Position numbers and translations under genes: made by a program
Notes under the pieces: model-generated
The model's input: only the letters and a program-made list of their open reading frames with translations
What the model was told of the DNA's origin: nothing
The model's database searches: none
Shown here: in pieces, positions 8,121 to 17,955 of the stretch
Layout: each line of letters begins with the position of its first letter
How positions within the stretch are numbered: position 1 is the stretch's first letter
Assembly: GCA_023435925.1 (NCBI GenBank)
Contig: JAEZLF010000135.1
Span: forward strand, 6,768-70,767
DNA length: 64,000 bases
Source: Bacillota bacterium
GTDB lineage: Bacteria > Bacillota > Clostridia > Acetivibrionales > DTU013
Reading direction: 5' to 3'

Positions 8121-8908
8121 AGAGGCTGTATAAATACCTTATTGTGACCAAAACCAATATCAGCAGCAACCTGGTCTATGGAGCTGACTTTTTTGCCGGA
8201 GCGTTCTTCTTTGCACTGATTATTTTTGTGTTTTTAGAGCTCTGGGGTGCGATTTCGTTCAATAACGGTTCCATGGAGGGATACACTGTGAACAGACTTG
8301 TTTGGTATTATGTTGCTGCTGAAATGGTCATTCTGTCAAAAAGCAATGTCTTTCAGCAGATGAATCAGGAGATCCGGGGCGGGGGGATAGCATACAAATT
8401 AAACAAGCCTTATAATTTTGTGCTTTATCAGCTCTCTGAGGGAATGGGGCAGATATCGGTCAGGCTGATAATGAATCTTATGGTGGGTTTACTTGTAGGA
8501 TTCCTTTATGTCGGCGGGCTGGAAGGATTCAAACTGATTGCACTGCCGGTGGTAATCCTTTCGATTTTACTGGGGATACTGCTGAATTTTTTCATGGATG
8601 CTCTCATCGGTATGACCTCTTTTTGGACGGAGGACAATTCCGCATTTTACTGGATTGCTCAGAAGCTGTCCTTTATGCTGGGGCTGTTTCTGCCGCTGGA
8701 GTTTCTGCCGGGAGTTATCCGAGAGATTGCGCTCTACCTGCCATTCTCCTATATCGCATATGCACCTGCCAGACTGCTGACATCCTTTTCAATGGAAGAG
8801 GCATGGAACATTATTCCTGTTCAATTGTTTTACACAGTGGCTTTTGCGGCACTTTCAGCATTGATTTATCGGAAGGGAGTGAAAAAACTCAATGTTAACG
8901 GGGGATAG
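8117..8908 (+). CDS. ABC-2 family permease
   Basis: Polytopic membrane protein. A GTG at 8117 overlaps the ATPase stop (GTGA), with AGGTG 6 nt upstream. The track start at 8108 is also possible. Confidence 0.75.
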   Translation: MKRLYKYLIVTKTNISSNLVYGADFFAGAFFFALIIFVFLELWGAISFNNGSMEGYTVNRLVWYYVAAEMVILSKSNVFQQMNQEIRGGGIAYKLNKPYNFVLYQLSEGMGQISVRLIMNLMVGLLVGFLYVGGLEGFKLIALPVVILSILLGILLNFFMDALIGMTSFWTEDNSAFYWIAQKLSFMLGLFLPLEFLPGVIREIALYLPFSYIAYAPARLLTSFSMEEAWNIIPVQLFYTVAFAALSALIYRKGVKKLNVNGG

Positions 8909-9698
8909 AAGTGTTATAAAACATCTGAAGCTGGTTTGCTTATATTTTAAGTACAATCTGCAGGCTGCAATGGAATACAGAGTAAGCTTCATTTCGCAAG
9001 CGCTGGGGATGATGCTGAACAATGCGTTTTTTGTTTTCTTCTGGTGGATCTTGTTTGAAAAGGTTTCCTCCATCGGTGGATATACATTCAAAGAGGTGAT
9101 GGTGATATGGGCTCTGGCATCCTCCACCTATGGCTTTGTTCATATATTTTTCGGAAATCTGCGGGAATTGCCGGGAATCATTATAAATGGCGAACTGGAT
9201 ACATATCTTCTCCAACCGAAAAATGTCTATATTAATGTATATTGCTCCAAAATGCGTGTCTCAGCCTGGGGTGATCTGGCCTATGGAATTATTGTGATTG
9301 TGCTGGTATATGGCCTTGCGCCGGCAAAGCTTCTCCTGTTTCTACTGTTTACTATTGCAGGGGGGATGCTGGCCGGATCGGTTTTTGCCATTGCCGATAC
9401 GCTGACTTTTTACATCGGTAATTCATCAACGATATCAAGGCTTGTGATGGAGTTTCTGATCAACTTCTCCATCTACCCGGAGAGCATATTCCGCCGCGAA
9501 ATAAAGCTGGTCATGTATTCACTGCTCCCGGCGGGTTTCATTGTATTTGTGCCGTTCAGACTCCTTTCGGCCTTCAGTTGGTATGGTCTGCTGGGCTTGC
9601 TGGCCATTGATGCAGTTTACATTACGCTCTCTTATTTGTTTTTCAGGAATGGACTTAAAAAATACGAGTCAGGCAATTTGATAACGACAAAGCAATAA
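8892..9698 (+). CDS. ABC-2 family permease (second subunit)
   Basis: Polytopic membrane protein that overlaps the preceding permease by 17 nt, suggesting translational coupling. Confidence 0.75.
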   Translation: MLTGDRSVIKHLKLVCLYFKYNLQAAMEYRVSFISQALGMMLNNAFFVFFWWILFEKVSSIGGYTFKEVMVIWALASSTYGFVHIFFGNLRELPGIIINGELDTYLLQPKNVYINVYCSKMRVSAWGDLAYGIIVIVLVYGLAPAKLLLFLLFTIAGGMLAGSVFAIADTLTFYIGNSSTISRLVMEFLINFSIYPESIFRREIKLVMYSLLPAGFIVFVPFRLLSAFSWYGLLGLLAIDAVYITLSYLFFRNGLKKYESGNLITTKQ

Positions 9699-9717
9699 GC
9701 GGCATAAATATAGGGAT

Positions 9718-9750
9718 AAAAAAACCCTTGAAACCTAGTGATATCAAGGG
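9718..9750 (-). terminator. intrinsic terminator of the tRNA operon
   Basis: On the minus strand, CCCTTGA/TCAAGGG (9725-9731/9744-9750) is followed by T7 (plus-strand A-run 9718-9724). Confidence 0.65.
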
Positions 9751-9752
9751 TT

Positions 9753-9829
<77 letters not shown>

Positions 9830-9882
9830 ATATTCAATTCTTTGATCCGGTCCAACATCAAGTACCGGTATCAGGAACTACA

Positions 9883-9956
9883 TGGAGCGGGTGATGGGAA
9901 TCGGACCCACGCAATCAGCTTGGAAGGCTGATGTTCTACCATTGAACTACACCCGC
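9883..9956 (-). tRNA. tRNA-Gly(UCC), non-canonical T-loop
   Basis: Reverse complement: acceptor GCGGGUG/CACCCGC, D-arm GUUC-AAUGGUA-GAAC, anticodon loop CUUCCAA, T-arm GUGGG-UCCGAUU-CCCAU, encoded CCA. Confidence 0.9.
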
Positions 9957-9982
9957 ACGGTGTCTTGACTTCCGACTTCAAT

Positions 9983-10011
9983 ATTATACAGTCGAGTTTC
10001 CTGTTTGTCAA
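9983..10011 (-). promoter_or_regulatory. consensus sigmaA promoter for the tRNA-Gly/Arg operon
   Basis: The minus strand reads TTGACA (10011-10006), a 17-nt spacer, then TATAAT (9988-9983), about 25 nt upstream of the tRNA-Gly 5' end. Confidence 0.75.
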
Positions 10012-10172
10012 TGCCAGAAAAATGGTTTTTCATTTTACCAGTCCTGTCCTGTCATATATTCTGCTGAAGGTAAAAAAATTATAAAAAATGTACAAAACGT
10101 TATGTATTATTTGCAATAGTTTTTGTGTAATATGTAGTTGTTAGTAAAACCTGCACACAGGGAGATAACATC

Positions 10173-11120
10173 ATGAGAAACGATAATTCTTCTGTACAAA
10201 CCCTGCAGAGCACTGCAATCAAGAGTAATGCCGGATTGGCAGGCAGACTGATCAGACATAAGACAATACTGCTTCTGCTGATTCCCGGAATCATCTGGTA
10301 CATTATTTTCAAATACGTACCGCTTTTGTTCACTGCAACAGCCTTTACCGATTATGGCCTTAAGGCGGATGTCCACTTTATTGGTTTTGACAATTTCATA
10401 CAGCTATTTACTTCACCGGGGTTCTGGGGAGCACTGCGAAATACGTTGCTGTTAAGCCTGTATAATCTTTTATTTTACTTCCCGCTGCCAATCATTCTGG
10501 CTCTTCTGATGAATGAGCTTGCCCATGTGGCGCTAAAGAGAATTGCACAGTTCATTGTTTATATACCGCATTTTTTTTCCTGGGTTGTTGTTGGTTCTAT
10601 ATTCGTTTTGGTCCTTTCTCCCAGTGAGGGTATAGTAAATGCCATCATACAACGTCTCGGCGGAGAAGCGATTTATTTTATGGCTAAGCCGGAATGGTTC
10701 AGGGCAATTCTTGTCGGCTCGTATATATGGAGAGATGTCGGATACGGTACGATCATCTATATCGCAACCATCGCAACCATTGATGTTGAGCTGTACGATG
10801 CGGCAACAGTAGATGGTGCGGGGCATTGGGCCAAACTCATGAGTATCACTCTTCCGTCTCTTAAGAGCACGATTGCTACGGTTCTTCTGCTGACGGTTGC
10901 CAGAATACTGAATGTATTTGAACAGGTTCTGGTTATGTCGGGACCGACGGTTCTTGAAGTGAGCGAGGTTCTGAATACGTATTCCTTTACGGAAGGCCTG
11001 CTGAACGGAAATATTGGTTATGCTGTTGCAATCAGTGTATTTACTGCAGTCGTGAGCACACTGCTGGTAATTGGTTGTAACTCAATAAGTAAAAGATTCC
11101 TGGATGAAAGCATTTTATAA
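10173..11120 (+). CDS. sugar ABC transporter permease (LplB/YesP-like)
   Basis: Binding-protein-dependent transport inner-membrane component with six TM-like segments. EAA-like region ELYDAATVDGAGHWAKLMSITLP. Confidence 0.9.
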   Translation: MRNDNSSVQTLQSTAIKSNAGLAGRLIRHKTILLLLIPGIIWYIIFKYVPLLFTATAFTDYGLKADVHFIGFDNFIQLFTSPGFWGALRNTLLLSLYNLLFYFPLPIILALLMNELAHVALKRIAQFIVYIPHFFSWVVVGSIFVLVLSPSEGIVNAIIQRLGGEAIYFMAKPEWFRAILVGSYIWRDVGYGTIIYIATIATIDVELYDAATVDGAGHWAKLMSITLPSLKSTIATVLLLTVARILNVFEQVLVMSGPTVLEVSEVLNTYSFTEGLLNGNIGYAVAISVFTAVVSTLLVIGCNSISKRFLDESIL

Positions 11121-11150
11121 TACACACATCAATATTGAACATTCGAGGCG

Positions 11151-12008
11151 GTGGAGATTATGTATAAAAGCTCAGCAGGCAGAAAAATATTTACATTGAT
11201 AAATGGCACTATAATAACATTAGTTTGTGTGGCCATTGTAATCCCTCTTTTAATGATTATTGTTACTTCGCTGTCTCCTGATGATATTGTCGCAGAAAAA
11301 GGGTTTGTGCTAATACCCACAAAAATAACGTTTGTGAATTATAAAGCTATTTTGAACAGTGGTTATATGCCGAGCTTTCGCAATTCGGTATTTGTAACAG
11401 TGATAGCAACATTATTCTCCATGGCTATGACACTTGTGATGGGTTATGCGCTGTCCACCAAGTCCCTTCCGGGAAGAAACGCCATTATCCGGTTCGTTAT
11501 TGCGACCATGATGCTGGATGCGGGGATCATACCATTTTATATGGTAGTCCGGTATCTGGGAATGATTGACAGCTACCTTGCGCTGATTATACCATCTGCA
11601 ATTTCTACCTACAATCTGGTTCTGATGAAGAATTATATGGGATCTATACCGGATAGTCTGATGGAGTCTGCCAGAATAGACGGATGTACCGAAATGGGAA
11701 TTTTAATTAAGATCGTCATACCTGTTTCTATACCAATTATCGCAGCAGTAACTTTATTCTATACGGTGTCGCATTGGAATACATACTATCAGGTTGTAAT
11801 GTTCATTAACGACAGCAGCAAATACACGCTTCAGGTGTTACTGCGGCAGTTGATATTCCAGTCGGAATCGGCGGTATCCTCTGTATCAGCACTGAATAAT
11901 TTTAAAATGGCTGTCATGATTATGACGATGTTACCAGTCTTAATTCTCTACCCATTTATCCAAAAATATTTTATTTCTGGCATTATGCTTGGCTCTATCA
12001 AAGGATAG
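11151..12008 (+). CDS. carbohydrate ABC transporter permease (LplC/YesQ-like)
   Basis: Permease with the EAA-like motif LMESARIDGCTEMGILIKIVIP. The start could be GTG 11151 or ATG 11160. Confidence 0.9.
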   Translation: MEIMYKSSAGRKIFTLINGTIITLVCVAIVIPLLMIIVTSLSPDDIVAEKGFVLIPTKITFVNYKAILNSGYMPSFRNSVFVTVIATLFSMAMTLVMGYALSTKSLPGRNAIIRFVIATMMLDAGIIPFYMVVRYLGMIDSYLALIIPSAISTYNLVLMKNYMGSIPDSLMESARIDGCTEMGILIKIVIPVSIPIIAAVTLFYTVSHWNTYYQVVMFINDSSKYTLQVLLRQLIFQSESAVSSVSALNNFKMAVMIMTMLPVLILYPFIQKYFISGIMLGSIKG

Positions 12009-12060
12009 GAATATAATAGAAGAAGCAGTAAAATATTTTAAAGAATGGAGAGAAAGAGAA

Positions 12061-12501
12061 ATGAAAATGATTAAAAGTCTTAAGTACCTGGTTATTCTTG
12101 TTCTTGCTGTGACCCTTACCTTCGGGTTTGCTGCCTGTGGCAGGAGTGATTCCGTTAACGGAGAGAATTCGGATGTTGTTGAGGAGAATACAGCTCCACC
12201 GGAGCCGGATACCGTTGAGGAAGCATTACCTGAGGTTGATGCCAGTGCCAGTGTAGATGTGTTGGTTGGAAATTGGGTTGATATCAGTGATTCCACATAC
12301 TTTGCCAACATCACAAAAGATGGCGAAGTATACAAATATGAAGATAATGACGGAAAATATGACGCAACGTTTAAGGACGGCAAACTAATCGTTCCGGTGT
12401 CGGATGCGGAGGATGATTTTGCCGAGGTTTATGTTGATGCTGGGACCGGCCATTTATGTGTACTATATCAGGGTGGCATAGCAGAATTCGAGAAAAAATA
12501 G
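12061..12501 (+). CDS. small lipoprotein of unknown function
   Basis: RBS GGAGAGAAAGAG then ATG at 12061. Signal peptide with lipobox FGFAAC. I recognise no family. Confidence 0.55.
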   Translation: MKMIKSLKYLVILVLAVTLTFGFAACGRSDSVNGENSDVVEENTAPPEPDTVEEALPEVDASASVDVLVGNWVDISDSTYFANITKDGEVYKYEDNDGKYDATFKDGKLIVPVSDAEDDFAEVYVDAGTGHLCVLYQGGIAEFEKK

Positions 12502-12643
12502 GTTTGTGCAGGGAGAAAAGTGGGGAGGTGAACGTTTCTTCATAGAATAGCATGTTTTCTCGAGCCTGAAACAATGGGCATGCAATACCCTGTATATTTA
12601 GGAAACAGGTTGTACAAATTCTATGAAACATGGGAGGATGATC

Positions 12644-14347
12644 ATGAAAAAGCTAGTATCGCTCATTCTATGCATTGTTATTGTTCTGACGCTTGCTTTA
12701 CCTGTCGCAGCTTTAAGAGTTGTTACTGTGAAGTCAATCAGTCTCGACAAGACCAGTATTTCACTTGATGCAGGTAAAACCCACAACCTCACCGTAACTT
12801 TTACCCCTGCTAACACCACGCAAAAACTCCTTACATATACAACCAGCGACAAAAATGTTGCTGCCGTGGACAGTAAGGGAAAGATTACAGCTGTGAAAGG
12901 CGGAAAAGCAGTTATTACTGTTGCCAGTTCATCCAATAAAAATGTGAAGGCACAGATCGCTGTTACTGTAATCCAGCAAGCCCCGGTGAAGCTTTCCTTC
13001 TGCCTGTCACAGACCGGTTGGGGCGGTGAAGCTGTTGACCCTGAGCTGATGAAGGAAGTTCAGAAAGTCATTGAACAAAAAACAAATACGGAACTGGAAG
13101 TTATTGCACCACCCCAGAGTAGCTACAATGACAAACTGAACGTATTGCTTGCTTCCGGACAGATACCTGATATCTTTTCAATCAGAAAAGCAATGGATAA
13201 CGTACAGATCATGGCAGCCAGAGGATACACAATGCCTTTGGATACTGCAATCAAGAAGTTCCCTGAGATTACAAGCCAGGTCAGTAAGTTATATATGGAT
13301 TACATGAAGGTAGATGGAAAACTGATGGCCGTACCAATGTATGTGCCGCTGTCCAAGGTTATCTGGATGAGAAAGAGTACTCTTGATCTTTATGGAGTGA
13401 ATCTTTCTACAACTCCAACCACTGAAGAATTCTACAATGAAATGAAGAAGATTGACACCAAAAGGTTTATACCCTTTACATTCCCGAAATTCCTTGATAA
13501 TCTGCCGTTCTTCTTCAATCCCTTCGGAGCATACTTTGGAATCGGTGTAAACAACAGCGGTGATTTCTATGATGGTTTCAATACTCCGCAGGCTAAGGAA
13601 GCCCTTGCATATTGTGCAAAGCTTTACAAAGCAAAGATTTGGGATCAGGAATTTGTAACCAATGAAAATGCCGGAATGAGAGAAAAGCTCTTCACAGGTA
13701 AAGCAGTTTCTGCACTGGATTACTATAACAGATACATTTATTATGCATCTGAGAGTTACAGAGTAAACAAACCATCGGCCTTTGTACCTGTATATGAACT
13801 GAAGGGACCGAACGGATATTACGGTAACCTGAATGAAGCAATCCAGGATGCTCTTGCTGTATCCTCGAAGTCGCAGAACGTGGAAAAAGCACTGGAAGTT
13901 ATCAAATACTATATATACACTGAAGAAGGTTCTATGCTTAGAAATCTCGGTGTTGAAGGCAAGCACTACAACATCGAAGATGGAAAAATCGTTGCAACTG
14001 AAAGAGCCACCAATTCAGGGTATAAGTGCAGTGTAAATGGATTCTTTATGTACTTCCCACAGATCAGTGATTATGGTTTCAAATGGGATGACGTAACCGA
14101 AAAATTGCTTCCTGAGCAGGTGAAGTATAACATTGAGGCGAATAAGCACCTCGGACCAAAATATATCGTACCGGGTGGGAAATCAGATCTTTATGACAAG
14201 AATCAGCCTGCATATAAGAAAAAGACCGAAGAAATTTCTGCAAAAATTATCACAGGCGCAATATCCATTGATGCCGGATATGCAGAATATAATGCATTCT
14301 GGAAGAGCATCAAGGGTGACGAAATGCTGAAAGAATTAAACAAATAG
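12644..14347 (+). CDS. extracellular solute-binding protein (LplA/family-1 type) with N-terminal Big_2 domain
   Basis: RBS GGGAGG then ATG at 12644. A signal/anchor segment is followed by a Big_2-like repeat (VKSISLDKTSISLDAGK...ITAVKGGKAVITV) and then an SBP body typical of LplA-like proteins. Confidence 0.85.
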   Translation: MKKLVSLILCIVIVLTLALPVAALRVVTVKSISLDKTSISLDAGKTHNLTVTFTPANTTQKLLTYTTSDKNVAAVDSKGKITAVKGGKAVITVASSSNKNVKAQIAVTVIQQAPVKLSFCLSQTGWGGEAVDPELMKEVQKVIEQKTNTELEVIAPPQSSYNDKLNVLLASGQIPDIFSIRKAMDNVQIMAARGYTMPLDTAIKKFPEITSQVSKLYMDYMKVDGKLMAVPMYVPLSKVIWMRKSTLDLYGVNLSTTPTTEEFYNEMKKIDTKRFIPFTFPKFLDNLPFFFNPFGAYFGIGVNNSGDFYDGFNTPQAKEALAYCAKLYKAKIWDQEFVTNENAGMREKLFTGKAVSALDYYNRYIYYASESYRVNKPSAFVPVYELKGPNGYYGNLNEAIQDALAVSSKSQNVEKALEVIKYYIYTEEGSMLRNLGVEGKHYNIEDGKIVATERATNSGYKCSVNGFFMYFPQISDYGFKWDDVTEKLLPEQVKYNIEANKHLGPKYIVPGGKSDLYDKNQPAYKKKTEEISAKIITGAISIDAGYAEYNAFWKSIKGDEMLKELNK

Positions 14348-14388
14348 TATCAGAGTCTTTCTGCAGGAGCACAATTCAAACTCAATCT

Positions 14389-14416
14389 CAGGGGCCCGGT
14401 GCCCCTGGGATTTTTG
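14389..14416 (+). terminator. intrinsic terminator after the SBP gene
   Basis: CAGGGGC (14389-14395) pairs with GCCCCTG (14401-14407), followed by GGATTTTTGTTT. Confidence 0.7.
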
Positions 14417-14510
14417 TTTCGTGCAATATCTTTCGCAAGCGGGAAAATTGATGTAATATGAGAAGAGAAGATCATTTGTACAATACAAGTTTGTCCGGAG
14501 GAGCGCATTC

Positions 14511-16349
14511 ATGCTTGAAAATCTGAAGCTGGGCAATATCGGTAGAAAGTTTGAAATGGTTACTACCCAAAAGAAAATGATCATCTATTTTTTTATTGCT
14601 GTTATTGCAGTATTTCTTATCTTCAATACCATATTCTACAGACTCTATTCAGCAAATATTGAGCAGATTATGATCAGGGAAAATAGTGGAAGTGTAGCCA
14701 AGGCTTCAGAGTTTTCCGACATTATTTTGCAGAGCCTGGAGAACACTGCAGTGATTATCCAGGGGAATATGTCCATCCAGCAGGGACTGGTGCAAGAAGA
14801 GAAAGGCACTCCCGAATACTATCTTGCAGACGTGGAAATAGTTAATATACTGCAAAGTATCGCAAATAACTCAGTGGGGAACATTTCATCCATCGATTTA
14901 TATCTCGATGACAGCAAAAAGCTGATAACAACCGACTATGGGACAATAAACGGACTTGACGATGAAATCGCAGACTATTATTTGCAGCTGAAGAAAAGCA
15001 ATGAGAAGTTTATTCTTACCGATGAATACAGAAAAAAGCTAACTTTTATGTTAAACAGAAACTATGAACAGATTTCATTGATCCGGCCTTATTATGATTT
15101 GTATTCTGGTATCAGAATAGGTGTACTGGTTATCAACCTTGACAAATTTGTTATGAAAAACATCATTAAGAGAGATTCGGATACCAGCAACATCATTATG
15201 GATAAAGACAATCATCATATCATCAGCGTTCTTAGTGAATCACATCAAGGACTGCTTCAAAAACTGGAAGAGCTTTCGGAAATAGCGGAACAGGATAGCG
15301 GAGATATTATTTTCAGCTTAGGCAGGCAACAGCAGATTCTTGTTTTTTCCACTTCAGAATATGCGGGGTGGAAGTTTATAACAGTCGTTCCCGCCGGTGC
15401 ATCCATGCAACAGATGAACCAGCTGAGGGATTCCATATTAATACTCTTCCTGATGATGAACATCATAACGGCTGTGGTTCTGATCGTATTGCTGACAGAA
15501 AAGGTGTTCAGAAAGGTAAACAAGCTGATATCATCCATGAAAGAGGTGGAGAATGGAAATTTTGACATAGCGATCAAGCATGGGGATAAAGATGAATTTG
15601 GTTTTATGTACACCAGCTTTAACAATATGACGGGGAAAATAAAGTCCCTTTTCGGTGAACTGTACCAGCAGAAGCTACTTCAAAAGGATGCCGAGCTAAA
15701 GCTTCTTCAATCGAAGGTTAACCCACATTTCTTGTATAATATTTTTGACAATATGAACTGGCTGATTCAGCTTGAAAGGTATGAAGAGCTTGAACCTCTT
15801 GTGGATGCTGTCTCAAATTACTATAAAAAGAGCCTCAATGTAGGCCGTGATTTTATTTCCATTGCTGATACAATCGATCAACTGAAAAGCTATGTCGAAA
15901 TACAAAAAATACGATTTAAAGACCGGTTTACATGCACTTTTGATTTTGAGGATGAACTGATGGATATGCAGATATTGAATTTTATGCTGCAACCACTGGT
16001 TGAGAATGCAATATGTCATGGTATTGAGCCAAAATCTGAAAAATGTCATATTATTGTGAAAGGGTATCAATGCAGGGAAAACGTATGTCTAAGTGTTGAA
16101 GATGACGGTATGGGTATCAGATCGGATAAGCTGAATGAAATTAATTATTACTTTGAAAACGAACAAGCACAGACGGATGACTATTTTGCCTTAACGAATA
16201 TCAATAAGAGAATCAAACTTTTCTACGGGAAGAGGTATGGCCTTAAAATATCCAGTGTTCAAGCAGAAGGGACCATTGTCACAGTGACCATTCCATCAAC
16301 AACACTGGCAAATGCGGGGGTGAAAAATGATCAAGATGATGATTGCTGA
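14511..16349 (+). CDS. sensor histidine kinase (YesM-like: HAMP + His_kinase + HATPase)
   Basis: Two TM segments flank an extracellular domain. HAMP region present, NPHFLYN motif of the LytS/YesM His-kinase family, C-terminal GHKL ATPase (VEDDGMGI). Confidence 0.9.
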   Translation: MLENLKLGNIGRKFEMVTTQKKMIIYFFIAVIAVFLIFNTIFYRLYSANIEQIMIRENSGSVAKASEFSDIILQSLENTAVIIQGNMSIQQGLVQEEKGTPEYYLADVEIVNILQSIANNSVGNISSIDLYLDDSKKLITTDYGTINGLDDEIADYYLQLKKSNEKFILTDEYRKKLTFMLNRNYEQISLIRPYYDLYSGIRIGVLVINLDKFVMKNIIKRDSDTSNIIMDKDNHHIISVLSESHQGLLQKLEELSEIAEQDSGDIIFSLGRQQQILVFSTSEYAGWKFITVVPAGASMQQMNQLRDSILILFLMMNIITAVVLIVLLTEKVFRKVNKLISSMKEVENGNFDIAIKHGDKDEFGFMYTSFNNMTGKIKSLFGELYQQKLLQKDAELKLLQSKVNPHFLYNIFDNMNWLIQLERYEELEPLVDAVSNYYKKSLNVGRDFISIADTIDQLKSYVEIQKIRFKDRFTCTFDFEDELMDMQILNFMLQPLVENAICHGIEPKSEKCHIIVKGYQCRENVCLSVEDDGMGIRSDKLNEINYYFENEQAQTDDYFALTNINKRIKLFYGKRYGLKISSVQAEGTIVTVTIPSTTLANAGVKNDQDDDC

Positions 16350-17955
16350 TGATGAGCAGATCATACTCGACGGAATAAAAGACAGCATTGATTGGAACAG
16401 CTACGGGATAAAAATTACCGGAACCGCGACTAACGGTGCAGATGCCCTTGATATGGCTCTAAGCCATTGTGTCGATATTGTGATCACCGACATTAAAATG
16501 CCTGGATTGAGCGGATTGGAGCTGATACGGGAAATCCATAAAAGAAGACCGGAAATCAGAACGATACTCATTAGCGCATATGAGCAGTTTGACTTTGCTC
16601 AAGAAGCCATTTCACTGGGTGCCTTGTCTTATATAACAAAGCCTTTGAAAAAGCAGAAAATTGTTGATGAGGTATTAAAAGCCAGGGACAGCATATTGGC
16701 ACGAAGGCAGGATACGGATCAGAGAAATAGACTTGAGGAGCAGTATCGAGAGAATTTGCCTATCATCCGTGAGCATTACTTGAATAATCTGATCAATGGA
16801 AAAGCCATTCAATTCAATGATTTTAAGAAGCAATCGGATGCTTACGGCATTGACATTGGTGATACCGGAATTGGTGTATTTGTGTTTAAAATAGACAGCT
16901 TGGGCGACTTTATGGCGGAAGAACCTGAGAAAGGCACCCAGATCATTCACCTGAAAATAACGCAAATGATTAAGGAGCTTTTGCCCAAATGTTATAAAAA
17001 AGTAATATTTCAAAGCCATGATAATGAAGTGGTGACAATTTACAATACGGTAGAGCCGTTGTCGGACACCATACGGGATATTACTGTCTGTGCGGAAGAA
17101 ATTAAAAATGTATTAAGGAGGGAAACCGGCATATCTGCCAGTGCCGGGGTCGGCAGAACCTATCCGTCACTGAAGGATTCCATGCTGTCGTATCAGGAGG
17201 CTCTGAAGGCGCTGAATTATCGGCTGGTATATGGAAATAACACGGTAATGTATATTGACTATGTGGAGCTGAAGGAGTGGAACCACACCCGACTTTTCAG
17301 CAACATGAATGAGGTTCTCACGAATGTCCAGAATATATTATGGACAGGTAAAAGCGAGGAGATATTCAAACTGATCGATAAAACCATGTCCGGCATCCTT
17401 CACTACAAGGGCATACCGTATCATTATATACAGCAGGTATACTGCCAGCTGTTGTCCGTTTTGCTCAGAACCATTTATGAGATGAATATCATGCCGGAAG
17501 AGCTGTATGGTACATCGGTTCACCTCTATGATGAACTGCTGAAAAAAGATACCTTTGAAGAAGCCGATCTCTGGTATCGCGATCTTGTAATCAGAGTGTG
17601 TGCGGCCGTTAATGAGAAAAAGGCTGTAAGAGTGAGTAATGTCATCAGCAGTGCAATTGAGTACATTAAAAACAATTGCAGCAGGGATCTTTCGTTAAGT
17701 GAGGTGGCTGACAAGGTGAACCTGAATCCTTCTTACTTTAGCAGGCTCTTTAAGGAGGAAACGGGAACGCAGTTTGTAGAATATGTGAGAAATGCCAAAA
17801 TGGATCTGGCAAAGGAAATGCTGAAAAACAGCAACAAAAAAATATACGAGATATGTGAAGACCTCGGATATTTTAATGTACAATATTTCTCAACGGTTTT
17901 CAAAAACACAGTTGGCATGACACCCAATGAGTATAAGAAATCAGGGAAGTATTGA
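16327..17955 (+). CDS. response regulator with AraC-type HTH (YesN-like)
   Basis: Receiver domain (MIADDE...DIVITDIKMPG) and C-terminal AraC HTH (SLSEVADKVNLNPSYFSRLFKEETG). Overlaps the kinase by 23 nt. Confidence 0.9.
   Translation: MIKMMIADDEQIILDGIKDSIDWNSYGIKITGTATNGADALDMALSHCVDIVITDIKMPGLSGLELIREIHKRRPEIRTILISAYEQFDFAQEAISLGALSYITKPLKKQKIVDEVLKARDSILARRQDTDQRNRLEEQYRENLPIIREHYLNNLINGKAIQFNDFKKQSDAYGIDIGDTGIGVFVFKIDSLGDFMAEEPEKGTQIIHLKITQMIKELLPKCYKKVIFQSHDNEVVTIYNTVEPLSDTIRDITVCAEEIKNVLRRETGISASAGVGRTYPSLKDSMLSYQEALKALNYRLVYGNNTVMYIDYVELKEWNHTRLFSNMNEVLTNVQNILWTGKSEEIFKLIDKTMSGILHYKGIPYHYIQQVYCQLLSVLLRTIYEMNIMPEELYGTSVHLYDELLKKDTFEEADLWYRDLVIRVCAAVNEKKAVRVSNVISSAIEYIKNNCSRDLSLSEVADKVNLNPSYFSRLFKEETGTQFVEYVRNAKMDLAKEMLKNSNKKIYEICEDLGYFNVQYFSTVFKNTVGMTPNEYKKSGKY

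Noticed and set aside
13289-13966. 225-aa minus-strand ORF inside the SBP gene. Similar long antisense ORFs occur at 62054-62806, 32904-33566, 45921-46514, 48495-48998, 49904-50377, 5269-5847 and 18151-18693.
   Set aside because: These are shadow ORFs opposite well-supported genes. They have low-complexity, Cys/Phe/Ile-rich translations, no RBS and no recognisable domains.
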